Shown: in pieces, positions 9,581 through 18,370 of the stretch | Layout: every line of letters starts with the position of its first letter | Numbering within the stretch: the first letter of the stretch is position 1 | Source of the DNA: Sedimentisphaerales bacterium | GTDB lineage: Bacteria > Planctomycetota > Phycisphaerae > Sedimentisphaerales > SM23-30 | Direction: 5' to 3' (one strand) | NCBI GenBank assembly: GCA_963666285.1 | Contig: OY762714.1 | Length of the DNA stretch: 64,000 bases | Made by a program: the position numbers and the translations under genes | Notes under the pieces: generated by a model | Seen by the model: only the letters and a program-made list of their open reading frames with translations | Told to the model about the DNA's origin: nothing | Database searches by the model: none

Positions 9581-11402
9581 GCAGTTGATCTACGAAATGG
9601 CAACAGACCTGGAAAAGACATCTAGTCTGGAGCAGATGTTTTTATCTGAGCCTGTCAACTGGATTGAAGCCCATTGTCTGATTACCGATAAGCAGGGTAA
9701 GCAGATACCGCTGGAACTCAATCGAGCGCAGGTAATTGTCCAGCAGGTCAAAAACGATCTGCGCAGGCGTGGCAAACCTGTCCGTATTATCGTCCTGAAG
9801 GCCCGCCAGATGGGTATTACCACCGAAGCCAGCGCCGACAGCTATTGCGATATCAATACCAAAGCCAATCGGCGTGGTATGATAGTAGCCCATAAACAGG
9901 AATCGGCGGTCGATATCTTCAGGCGGGTAAGGCAGTTCCAGGACTGCAACCCATACCGCCGGGGAGAGAAATATAATAACAGACGTGAAATCGAGTTTGA
10001 AGCTCCGCATAATTCACTGATCGCCGTCCAGACAGCCGGTAATCCGGAGTTAGGCCGTGGCAGTACTAACCATTATGTTCATTGTAGTGAAGTTGCGTTC
10101 TGGCCTTTTGCCAAAGAATCATTGAATGCCGTTATGCAGTCTGTACCAGATGCTAGTGTGACTCCTGATACCTGTGTTGTATTGGAGAGTACCGCCAATG
10201 GTTTGGGTGGAACTTTTTACGATATATGGTGCGGGGCAACACCTTATGACCCGGATAATAAATACATATCACTTTGTAAAGGCCAAACAGAATGGGTAGC
10301 GATATTTCTGCCCTGGCATATCTTCGATCAGTATAAATCACCTGTCCCGTCAGATTTCGAGCGAACGAGCCACGATCATCCGGTTTATGGTAATGAAACC
10401 GACCTTGCCCGGATATATAATCTATGCGATGAGCAATTACAATGGCGCAGGGAAACCATACGCAGTAAATGCCTGAATGACCCAGAATTATTCCAACAGG
10501 AATATCCAAGTTGTGATGTTGAAGCTTTTCTGGTATCTGGCAGACCGGTCTTTAATGTTTCGATACTTCGTGAGATGCTGACAAATGCCAGAAAGCCGGT
10601 ATTGCAGGGTGAATTTGTCGATGAGACCATCGATTCTGAAACCCAGGTACGCAGTTCCGGGATAAAACCTTTAGTAAAATTTATCGAGGATAAAGATAAT
10701 CCATATCCAAAGGTCAGGATATGGCAAAAGCCTATTACCGGGATTGAGTATGTTATAGGCGGTGATACCGCAGAGGGCCTTGACCCATCCGAGACAAAAG
10801 ACTGTGACAGTAACTCTGCAACGGTACTTCGGGCAGATACAAGACAAATGGTAGCAAAGCTGGAAGGTCAGTTTGACAGTGATATATTCGGTACTCAACT
10901 GGATTGTCTGGGCAGGTATTACAATAACGCATTAATGGGTATCGAGATCAATAATACCTCCGGTGGCGCAACCAGGAGCAGGTTAAGACATTTGAATTAT
11001 CCCAACCTATACACGCGCGAGAAATATTCCTCGCATAGCGATGAACCTACCAAAGAGATAGGCTGGCGTACTGATGCCGCTACCCGCGGTATGATGGTGA
11101 CAACCGGTCAGAGCTGGGTGCGAAATAGACTTATCTTTATTTCCTGCTGGAAGACTATCGGTCAGATGTCCGCCTGGCGTTATGACAAGACAGGAAAACC
11201 TACCCATCCTGATGGTGAGCATGATGATGATGTTATAAGTTTGCTTATCGCTATTCAGATGCTTATGTACCTTTGCGATAACCGGGCAGCTAATATTGCC
11301 AGGCAGACAACACAAGAAGAAAGCTTCAGTGGTGATCTGGTGATAGGCGGCTGTGAAGGGCCTGTTAAGGTGGCAGATGATACTGATAATTATTACTATT
11401 AG
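9525..11402 (+). CDS. terL: Terminase large subunit
   Basis: LKARQMGIT Walker A variant, HCSEVAFW Walker B, ESTANG coupling motif, RNase H-like GGDTAEG and HDDDV; GAGGA before the TTG start. Confidence 0.92.
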   Translation: MVAITEQFNIHEELENLDEQLIYEMATDLEKTSSLEQMFLSEPVNWIEAHCLITDKQGKQIPLELNRAQVIVQQVKNDLRRRGKPVRIIVLKARQMGITTEASADSYCDINTKANRRGMIVAHKQESAVDIFRRVRQFQDCNPYRRGEKYNNRREIEFEAPHNSLIAVQTAGNPELGRGSTNHYVHCSEVAFWPFAKESLNAVMQSVPDASVTPDTCVVLESTANGLGGTFYDIWCGATPYDPDNKYISLCKGQTEWVAIFLPWHIFDQYKSPVPSDFERTSHDHPVYGNETDLARIYNLCDEQLQWRRETIRSKCLNDPELFQQEYPSCDVEAFLVSGRPVFNVSILREMLTNARKPVLQGEFVDETIDSETQVRSSGIKPLVKFIEDKDNPYPKVRIWQKPITGIEYVIGGDTAEGLDPSETKDCDSNSATVLRADTRQMVAKLEGQFDSDIFGTQLDCLGRYYNNALMGIEINNTSGGATRSRLRHLNYPNLYTREKYSSHSDEPTKEIGWRTDAATRGMMVTTGQSWVRNRLIFISCWKTIGQMSAWRYDKTGKPTHPDGEHDDDVISLLIAIQMLMYLCDNRAANIARQTTQEESFSGDLVIGGCEGPVKVADDTDNYYY

Positions 11403-11416
11403 ACATCTATATTCTT

Positions 11417-11986
11417 ATGGCAGATAAACGGAAAAATCAATATTCAGATATATACAATAATACCATTCCTAAACAGGTAAAAAAGCTATTGAAGCTGGGC
11501 TGGAAGGTGGAGGAGGTATGTGATTTTCTGGATATATCACGAGTGACCTTTAATAACTGGAAGCGTGAGAAACCGGAATTTCGGGAAGCTGTAAGGGCCG
11601 GTGAGAATCAGTTTGCTACTGAAAAGGTAGAGCTAAAGCTTATCAAGCGGGCGCAGGGTTACAACTATACCCAGACCAGTGAGGAAGTTACCCAGGATGT
11701 CGCAGTTACCAAAGACGGTCAGCAGGTTCCATATACCAAGACCAAGACTGTCAAAAAGAAAATCCATGTTCCGGCCAATGTTGCGGCCCAGAAGCTGTTT
11801 CTGGCAGCCCATCTGCCTGAGATATATGGTGATAAGCTGGATATAACTTCAGGCGGTCAGCAGTTAGTGCGTCAGGATATCCTTGATCTCACCCCGCAGG
11901 AGCGGGCCGAAAGGCTTATAAAGATGTTTAATGCTATGCGCAAGGTCAATTCAGTTGAACAGCCAGAGGAAGAAGAAATAGAGTAG
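11417..11986 (+). CDS. terS: Terminase small subunit (HTH)
   Basis: HTH VEEVCDFLDISRVTFNNWKREKPEFREAV and KRAQGY...P.NV.AQ.LFL...PE.Y.DK motifs of TerS-like proteins. Confidence 0.75.
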   Translation: MADKRKNQYSDIYNNTIPKQVKKLLKLGWKVEEVCDFLDISRVTFNNWKREKPEFREAVRAGENQFATEKVELKLIKRAQGYNYTQTSEEVTQDVAVTKDGQQVPYTKTKTVKKKIHVPANVAAQKLFLAAHLPEIYGDKLDITSGGQQLVRQDILDLTPQERAERLIKMFNAMRKVNSVEQPEEEEIE

Positions 11987-11989
11987 CCA

Positions 11990-12862
11990 GTGTGGATAAT
12001 ACCAGAGACATCCGAATACTTTCGATTTGTACAGGTTATGCCGGGCTGGAGCTGGCTTTTGAACGAATCTTTCCTGCCGCTGGCTTCAAAATTGTTGCGG
12101 TGGAGATCGAATCGTATGCCTGCGCGAATCTGGTCGCAAAAGCAGAAGAAGGTAAACTGGCTCTCGAAGCTGTTTACCCGGATGTTAGATCGTTCCCAGC
12201 AGAAAAATTTCGAGGATGCTTTGATATCGTCATTGCGGGCTATCCCTGCCAGCCCTTTAGTAACGCAGGTTTGCAGCGGGGCAGGTCAGACCCCAGACAT
12301 CTTTGGCCGGTTATACGAGAGATTTTGTCAGAGGTCAGGCCGCAAATCGCTTTCTTTGAAAATGTTCGGGGCCATGTGCGGCTCGGATTGCTCGATGTAC
12401 TCAGAGATTTGCGAGAGCTTGGTTTCACTTGTGAATGCGGAATATTCTCAGCGGCTGAACTCGGAGCGAGCCACAGGAGGGAGAGATTGTTCATACTGGC
12501 CCACTCCCAGCAGTTTCGACAGTCAGGGGGGACCGGCAGAGATAACAAAGGAAAATGGTCGGTTTGTCCGGATATCACAAAAGGGAGTGAAATATGGGGC
12601 AACTCTCAAGAATGCCGCCCGGTTATGGCCCACACCGATGGCAAGAGATATCAAAGCAACGGTAGCAGCGGACAATCTAATTCGCAGAGACGGCAGGAGC
12701 AGAATGGACAAATTACCGGAAGTTGTGATATATGGCCAGCTCCGCCCGGATGTGTGCAATATTGGTGGGAAAGACCAAGAGTGGTTAAATCCCGAATGGG
12801 TGGAGCAGATGATGGGCCTGGCTGTTGGGTGGACCGAATTAGACTCCTGGGCAATGGAGTAG
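11990..12862 (+). CDS. Overprinted methyltransferase beta polypeptide (TRD plus motif IX-like); true start uncertain, possibly ATG 12362
   Basis: The alternative frame carries two WPTP repeats and LNPEWVEQMMG..GWT, elements missing from the alpha frame. Confidence 0.7.
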   Translation: MWIIPETSEYFRFVQVMPGWSWLLNESFLPLASKLLRWRSNRMPARIWSQKQKKVNWLSKLFTRMLDRSQQKNFEDALISSLRAIPASPLVTQVCSGAGQTPDIFGRLYERFCQRSGRKSLSLKMFGAMCGSDCSMYSEICESLVSLVNAEYSQRLNSERATGGRDCSYWPTPSSFDSQGGPAEITKENGRFVRISQKGVKYGATLKNAARLWPTPMARDIKATVAADNLIRRDGRSRMDKLPEVVIYGQLRPDVCNIGGKDQEWLNPEWVEQMMGLAVGWTELDSWAME

Positions 12863-12924
12863 TACCGCAATGCGGCGAGAAGGCGTTTAGGTATTTAATG
12901 GGAAAACTTAACTTAAACCTATAA
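11992..12924 (+). CDS. C5-cytosine DNA methyltransferase, catalytic (alpha) polypeptide
   Basis: Motif I SICTGYAG, IV GYPCQPFS, VI ENVRG, VIII HRRERLF, X LGNGVV. Confidence 0.88.
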   Translation: MDNTRDIRILSICTGYAGLELAFERIFPAAGFKIVAVEIESYACANLVAKAEEGKLALEAVYPDVRSFPAEKFRGCFDIVIAGYPCQPFSNAGLQRGRSDPRHLWPVIREILSEVRPQIAFFENVRGHVRLGLLDVLRDLRELGFTCECGIFSAAELGASHRRERLFILAHSQQFRQSGGTGRDNKGKWSVCPDITKGSEIWGNSQECRPVMAHTDGKRYQSNGSSGQSNSQRRQEQNGQITGSCDIWPAPPGCVQYWWERPRVVKSRMGGADDGPGCWVDRIRLLGNGVVPQCGEKAFRYLMGKLNLNL

Positions 12925-12928
12925 GAAC

Positions 12929-15175
12929 GTGTTTATGAGTGATTTAGGTATATATATTGATAAACTGCTGCCGAGCAGTAAACCTTATAAGAGACAGTCG
13001 GACGAGTCGCTGGAAGATTATCTCGACAGGGCGATGGACTATATGGGCCGGATACACGATGGTCTGGCTGAGTTCGGCAGACGCAGCAGAATCCAGGCAC
13101 AACTGGGCTTTACCGAGGTCGAAATTGATGATGGTACTGTCGTCAGTTCAATCGATACTGGCGGTATTTTGTCATTATCAGCTTCCGGGAGCGGTTCTAT
13201 CACCATTGACCCGGATAATAATGCTTTGGTATTTACTACCGCAGCTACCGGGATTGTATCAACTTTCGCAGCAAGTGCAGCGGAGATCCCATCTGAACCT
13301 GGTGTTGGTGATCTGCTGTATATTACGGCTGATTTTGGCACATTTCAAAAAGGGGAAGTGTATAGCTTTGATGGTACAAACTGGCAGGAGATCGGCAACC
13401 GCCAGAATATACTGATTGCCAATGAAGCTTCCGATATGCCAGATGAGCCAAAGATCGGTGATATGCTCTATATCGAAAGCGATTTTACAGTTGGTGATGA
13501 TACTTATTCTAAAGGTTCTGTTTACAGCTATACCGCTGAAGGCTGGCAGTTAGTCGGTCAGCAGCAGTTTTCCAGTAATGTATCAAATACTTCCGAGCTG
13601 CCGGTCAACCCGGCAGAAGGCTATATTATCTATGTAGATAGCAGTTTCGATACCTTTGATGCCGGTAGGATGTATCAGTATAACAGCGGTAACTGGCAGC
13701 AGATAGCTAATAAGATCGGTAATTTTATAGCTGAATCTACTGATGATATGCCTGAATCTCCGCTGGTAGGTGATATTGTCCATATCAATGCTGACTTTAC
13801 CTATGAGAGTCACAGCTATATTACCGGTCAGCGTTATCAGTTTGATGGCACTGACTGGATATTATTAAAGGATAGGGTTTATAATACTACCATTACTGAC
13901 GGTCAGATATCAATTACTCTAAGCGGTTATGTAACTGACGGTGAACTTTCCAGTACCTTAAACAGTTATGATACATCTTCCCAGGTTAATACCAAGATTA
14001 ATAATTCTCTGTCAGATTATGCTACCGAGGATTATGTCGATGGCTCTATTCCTGATCTGACAAATTATGCTACTAAGACTTATGTTAATAATGCCATACC
14101 CAGCCTGGCAGGTTATGCTACTGAAAACTATGTTAATAACGCTATCCCGGATGTAAGTAACTATCAGCAGATAAATGCTATTATCTCCGCAAATGATATT
14201 GCTGGTTCGTGGAGTACCGCAAACGCTACCGGCTGTTATATCTGGCATAATGGTATGGGGTTCTGGGACACAACTTCTAATACCTGGCCAGCCTTTTTAG
14301 GTATGAGTATGGTAAACGGTCAGCGGAAAGGATATTTTTATGTTGGGACAGGGGGGACAACTGACAGCGACCGTTATATCCATTGTTATACCGTCTATGA
14401 AGATTCAGCCTATACCACCAGAGTAATAGTTCGGGTAGATGAAGGATTCCTAGGCAGCAGTTCGGCATTTTTTAATATAACAGATGGCGTTCTCTATATG
14501 GAAGATGAAATGAGTACTTACAAAGACATCATAGAGATATCCGCTGCCATCGTTGATGCCGCTAAAATACGTAATACAAGTACCTCTACATCAAGAGATA
14601 CACTGCTTCGCTTAGCGCCTGGCGGTTTTTCTGTCAGCAGTAAATACGGTAGTAATGGCTGGGTTATGTCTTTTTTGCTGTATTGCGGCAGTACCAACGG
14701 TAACACCTACATGGATGGCTACAATAAAACCTACATCAGAAACTGTACAATAGAATCATCAAATATTATCCATCCGGCAGCCTTGTTGTTCAGCGGTAAT
14801 GGTACGGTTTCAGGTAAGTTTTTTGACAGCGGCTGGCTTAACAGTTCTTCCAGTGGTGTTGCTTCAGTAAGTGCAAGTGGAACCGGTTTAATCAGTAATT
14901 ATTCGTACAAGGTAAGTCATGGATTAGGGACAGTACCATCATTTTTTAAGCTGTATGTCAGATCGCACGCCAGTCCTGAAATTGTAAATGAAGCAAACTC
15001 AGTGCATGGTGGTGATTATGGTGCAGGAGTGTATAAATTGACATCATCATATATCTATTTTGGTATTGACGGCAGCAATCCTACCTATCAATTTTCTACG
15101 GAGCCTGGTGGTTCAACAGGAAATTGGGGTGGAGTTGCAGATCCATCAGATGTAAGAATATTTGCATGGAAATAA
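12929..15175 (+). CDS. Tail fibre / receptor-binding protein
   Basis: Four ~50-aa P..P..GD..YI..DF...Y.(F/Y)...W repeats, three 15-aa YAT..YV repeats, C-terminal HGLGTVP module. Confidence 0.65.
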   Translation: MFMSDLGIYIDKLLPSSKPYKRQSDESLEDYLDRAMDYMGRIHDGLAEFGRRSRIQAQLGFTEVEIDDGTVVSSIDTGGILSLSASGSGSITIDPDNNALVFTTAATGIVSTFAASAAEIPSEPGVGDLLYITADFGTFQKGEVYSFDGTNWQEIGNRQNILIANEASDMPDEPKIGDMLYIESDFTVGDDTYSKGSVYSYTAEGWQLVGQQQFSSNVSNTSELPVNPAEGYIIYVDSSFDTFDAGRMYQYNSGNWQQIANKIGNFIAESTDDMPESPLVGDIVHINADFTYESHSYITGQRYQFDGTDWILLKDRVYNTTITDGQISITLSGYVTDGELSSTLNSYDTSSQVNTKINNSLSDYATEDYVDGSIPDLTNYATKTYVNNAIPSLAGYATENYVNNAIPDVSNYQQINAIISANDIAGSWSTANATGCYIWHNGMGFWDTTSNTWPAFLGMSMVNGQRKGYFYVGTGGTTDSDRYIHCYTVYEDSAYTTRVIVRVDEGFLGSSSAFFNITDGVLYMEDEMSTYKDIIEISAAIVDAAKIRNTSTSTSRDTLLRLAPGGFSVSSKYGSNGWVMSFLLYCGSTNGNTYMDGYNKTYIRNCTIESSNIIHPAALLFSGNGTVSGKFFDSGWLNSSSSGVASVSASGTGLISNYSYKVSHGLGTVPSFFKLYVRSHASPEIVNEANSVHGGDYGAGVYKLTSSYIYFGIDGSNPTYQFSTEPGGSTGNWGGVADPSDVRIFAWK

Positions 15176-15201
15176 TAAAAAAGTAATTAACGAGGTGTTT
15201 T

Positions 15202-17349
15202 ATGGACCCGGTAACTATGAGTATGTTAGGTTCGGCGGCGATCAGTGCCGGTGGCAATATTGCGGGCGGTCTCTTGCAGAAAAATGCCGAAATAAAGAAG
15301 GTCAGCACATTATCAAAGAACCAGAAGACCCTGAACCGTAATTTATTCGATTTTCTCGCCGGTATCGAGCGGGATGAAAAAGGCCGGATAGTAAGCCAGA
15401 ACTCGCTTTTGGATAAGGTAAAAGATATGCCCACTCGCAAACTTGCCGGATTTACCGATAGGCAGAAGGGGGTATTAAGTCAGGCTGATACCCTGGCACA
15501 AAAACTTGGTAATATCCAGCGACCGGGCGATGGAGCTGGTGTTCATTTTGCCGCATTAGGTGCTGTAGCAAAACCTGGCGATACTGTCGTAGTTGGTGAG
15601 GATGGCCCGGAAAAGCTGCATGTCGGACGTGATGGTACGGTAATAGTTGAGCCTAACCCTAATTCTGTCCAGAATCCGCAACAGGCAAAGGCCAGATCAG
15701 CCGCTTATGCAGCTACTATGGGAGCTGATATGGGTATGGCATCCGGCGGTCTGGTAGATACACTTGGTAAAGTTGAAGATCATTATAAGTTTGGTGATAA
15801 CTGGTATAAGAAATCAGACATGAGCAGTTATACTACCGGCAGCCGCCCGGATGATGCTGTTTTATCAGAATATAATAAATACCTGGAAGATTCATATAAC
15901 GCCTATAATGCAATGGATAAAGATTCCCAGAAAGCATCAGGTCAGAACTGGAAATGGTACGAAAAATTCAATAATAAAGGTGGCTCCGACAGCTTGTTCT
16001 GGAAAGATAATGGGAATAAAGGATATTGGGCGGTTCCTGGTAATAGGAATATCGCAACGGAATATTTCGATCAGTATGGCGATTGGCTGGATTCACAGGA
16101 CACCTATACTTCTAATCCATATATTACTGACTCGATAGGCAGTTATGACAGTGACAAGGCTTCTGCATTTGAGACGTGGTATAACGATTCAGACCTTAAT
16201 AAATGGTATGATTCCAATCAATCCCTGGTATGGCGCGGCAGCAGTCTTGATTTTGAGAATCCTTTTAATGTCAATACGCAAAATACAGATGCGGCATTAG
16301 CGGCATTTGAACAGTATTATACCGACCAACAGGAAAGTCAGGCGGCAAATGACAGTTTACGCAGCAGTATTATGGACCGCTTGGGTGAGGGTAACTACAG
16401 CGGGTTTAATGACTATTTGAATAACTACAATAGTGGTGTTATTCAAAATCAGGGTGTTTCCTGGAACCCGGAAACCGGTGGTTGGGAGCTTTCGGCAGAT
16501 GATGATATCTTATCTGGTATGGATGCAGCCGTTAATGACTATATGGCTGACCTGACAGCAAAGGATGATTTACTCAATAACCTTAACAATGATTCTATAA
16601 CCGCTGATGACCTTACTCGTGACAGTAACGGCAACTGGATAGTTGACCCTGCCAAATACAGCCATAATGATGATGGTACATGGTCGCAAGTAGAAACAGC
16701 AGAAGATAACTCTGTCGGTAGTGAAAACTATATTAATACTATAGCTGATGCCTTGAGCAGCTATTCTGAACAGTTTAACTCTGATTCAGCTAATGATGCT
16801 TTTGATGCAAGTATATATGATCCGGCAGTTGAACAGTTTAATGATGAGACAGTTTCAGCTATCAATCAGCAGTTTGGCGATAATGACCTGTTCGGCAGCC
16901 AGATAAATAAATCCACTTCTGTTGCCCGGTCTGATTTGGAAGATGAGCTGGCATCACAACGTGCCAGTTATGTTAGCAATATGCGTCAGATACATGAAAA
17001 CAGGGCATATAATGCAACTCAAAGTATGATGTCGCTGGCACAATTGCCGGAACAATTGCGAAGTCAGGCGGCATCTACAGAATATACCAAGGCATTAACT
17101 GATAGTGTATTTGCTAACAGCAAATGGACAGATGCGTTAAATGAAGCTCAATTGACTAATGAGGAACTTAACGGTTTGGCTATCCTCTGGCAGTTATATG
17201 GAGCTGACCAGGCAAATGAACAGGCCGGACTTGATAATGATATGCTTAGTCTTATCCAGAGCCAGACAGGGGGGCTTGACCTGTCGTCAGTTCTGAATCT
17301 CTTAAATGGTTATCTCGGTCAGAGTCAGACAGCAGTAGTAACAGGCTAG
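15202..17349 (+). CDS. Internal virion (DNA ejection/pilot) protein
   Basis: MDPVTMSMLGSAAISAGG.. N-terminus typical of ejection proteins; VVGEDGPE motif; Gln/Asn-rich. Confidence 0.55.
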   Translation: MDPVTMSMLGSAAISAGGNIAGGLLQKNAEIKKVSTLSKNQKTLNRNLFDFLAGIERDEKGRIVSQNSLLDKVKDMPTRKLAGFTDRQKGVLSQADTLAQKLGNIQRPGDGAGVHFAALGAVAKPGDTVVVGEDGPEKLHVGRDGTVIVEPNPNSVQNPQQAKARSAAYAATMGADMGMASGGLVDTLGKVEDHYKFGDNWYKKSDMSSYTTGSRPDDAVLSEYNKYLEDSYNAYNAMDKDSQKASGQNWKWYEKFNNKGGSDSLFWKDNGNKGYWAVPGNRNIATEYFDQYGDWLDSQDTYTSNPYITDSIGSYDSDKASAFETWYNDSDLNKWYDSNQSLVWRGSSLDFENPFNVNTQNTDAALAAFEQYYTDQQESQAANDSLRSSIMDRLGEGNYSGFNDYLNNYNSGVIQNQGVSWNPETGGWELSADDDILSGMDAAVNDYMADLTAKDDLLNNLNNDSITADDLTRDSNGNWIVDPAKYSHNDDGTWSQVETAEDNSVGSENYINTIADALSSYSEQFNSDSANDAFDASIYDPAVEQFNDETVSAINQQFGDNDLFGSQINKSTSVARSDLEDELASQRASYVSNMRQIHENRAYNATQSMMSLAQLPEQLRSQAASTEYTKALTDSVFANSKWTDALNEAQLTNEELNGLAILWQLYGADQANEQAGLDNDMLSLIQSQTGGLDLSSVLNLLNGYLGQSQTAVVTG

Positions 17350-17465
17350 CCAGGCAAAGCCTGGACCAGACCTCGCCAGTCAAGCTGGCTCGGAGACTAA
17401 TTGAAGCTGAATATCATAATTGCGATGGTCCGGCGTTGCCGGTTCATAATACAGGAGAACAAATT

Positions 17466-18317
17466 ATGCCACAGATGCAGGTAATAAGAAGGGGGCTTGA
17501 CCCCAGGCGAGCGGCTCTGGCAGCCGGAATCCAAAGCGGCGCTGAAGCAATTGGCAATGCCGGTCAGCGGGCCGCTATGATGCAATATCAGCAGCAAAAT
17601 AATGATAATACTACCATGATGAATTTTGGCAGATTATTGAACTCTGCCGAGACTCAGCAGCAGGCGGATAATATTATGGCGTTAGGTCAGAAGATGGGTA
17701 TAGATACCAGTGGCTTTTCCTGGTCGCCGCCTCAACAGCAGCCTAATGAAATTGATCTTGCCCGATACCAGAATGCCCTGGACCAGCTTAATACTATTGA
17801 CGCTTCTATAATGGCAGCCGGTGAAGGCTGGGAAGGCTCACCTGTCAGCGGCCAGGGCTGGGGTAATGCAGATGGTTCATTTAACCAGCAGATGCACGAT
17901 GATGTTAAACTTCAAAATAGGAGCTGGACGCATCATCTACCGTTGGGTGATGGTTATAATACAGAGAAGCTTGCCAATTTTGAAAAGATCGAGCCGCTGT
18001 TTAATGAAAGGTCTAAATATCAGCAGGTGTTGGATGATTTTGATAGCCGGTTCAGTTCATCATCACCATCTGTCAGGGCGGCAAGTGATGTCACTCCGTC
18101 AGTTCCAGGTGCAGTATCAGAGCCAGAACCGGCAACTGGCTCAGCCGGGCAAGGCAGTTTTACCGAACAGGATGTGATAGACATATTGGGTGATACCGAG
18201 ATAAATCTGCCGGAAGGTAAGACGCTGGCAGATTATGTGAAAGCGTTTAATGCTAAAGGCGGCTCAGCGCAGGAGCTGGCAGAACTGATAGCGGCATATC
18301 AAAAGAATCCTAATTAA
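17466..18317 (+). CDS. Putative internal virion/ejection protein
   Basis: Start re-assigned to ATG 17466 (RBS CAGGAGA); Ala/Gly/Gln-rich; lies between the pilot-like gene and the giant gene. Confidence 0.5.
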   Translation: MPQMQVIRRGLDPRRAALAAGIQSGAEAIGNAGQRAAMMQYQQQNNDNTTMMNFGRLLNSAETQQQADNIMALGQKMGIDTSGFSWSPPQQQPNEIDLARYQNALDQLNTIDASIMAAGEGWEGSPVSGQGWGNADGSFNQQMHDDVKLQNRSWTHHLPLGDGYNTEKLANFEKIEPLFNERSKYQQVLDDFDSRFSSSSPSVRAASDVTPSVPGAVSEPEPATGSAGQGSFTEQDVIDILGDTEINLPEGKTLADYVKAFNAKGGSAQELAELIAAYQKNPN

Positions 18318-18370
18318 TGTAATCGGTGTTAGCCTGTAACCATCTATCTAATGTATAAAGGTAAACAATC

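Noticed and set aside
12929..15175. Diversity-generating retroelement acting on the tail fibre
   Set aside because: No reverse transcriptase and no adenine-mismatched template repeat seen
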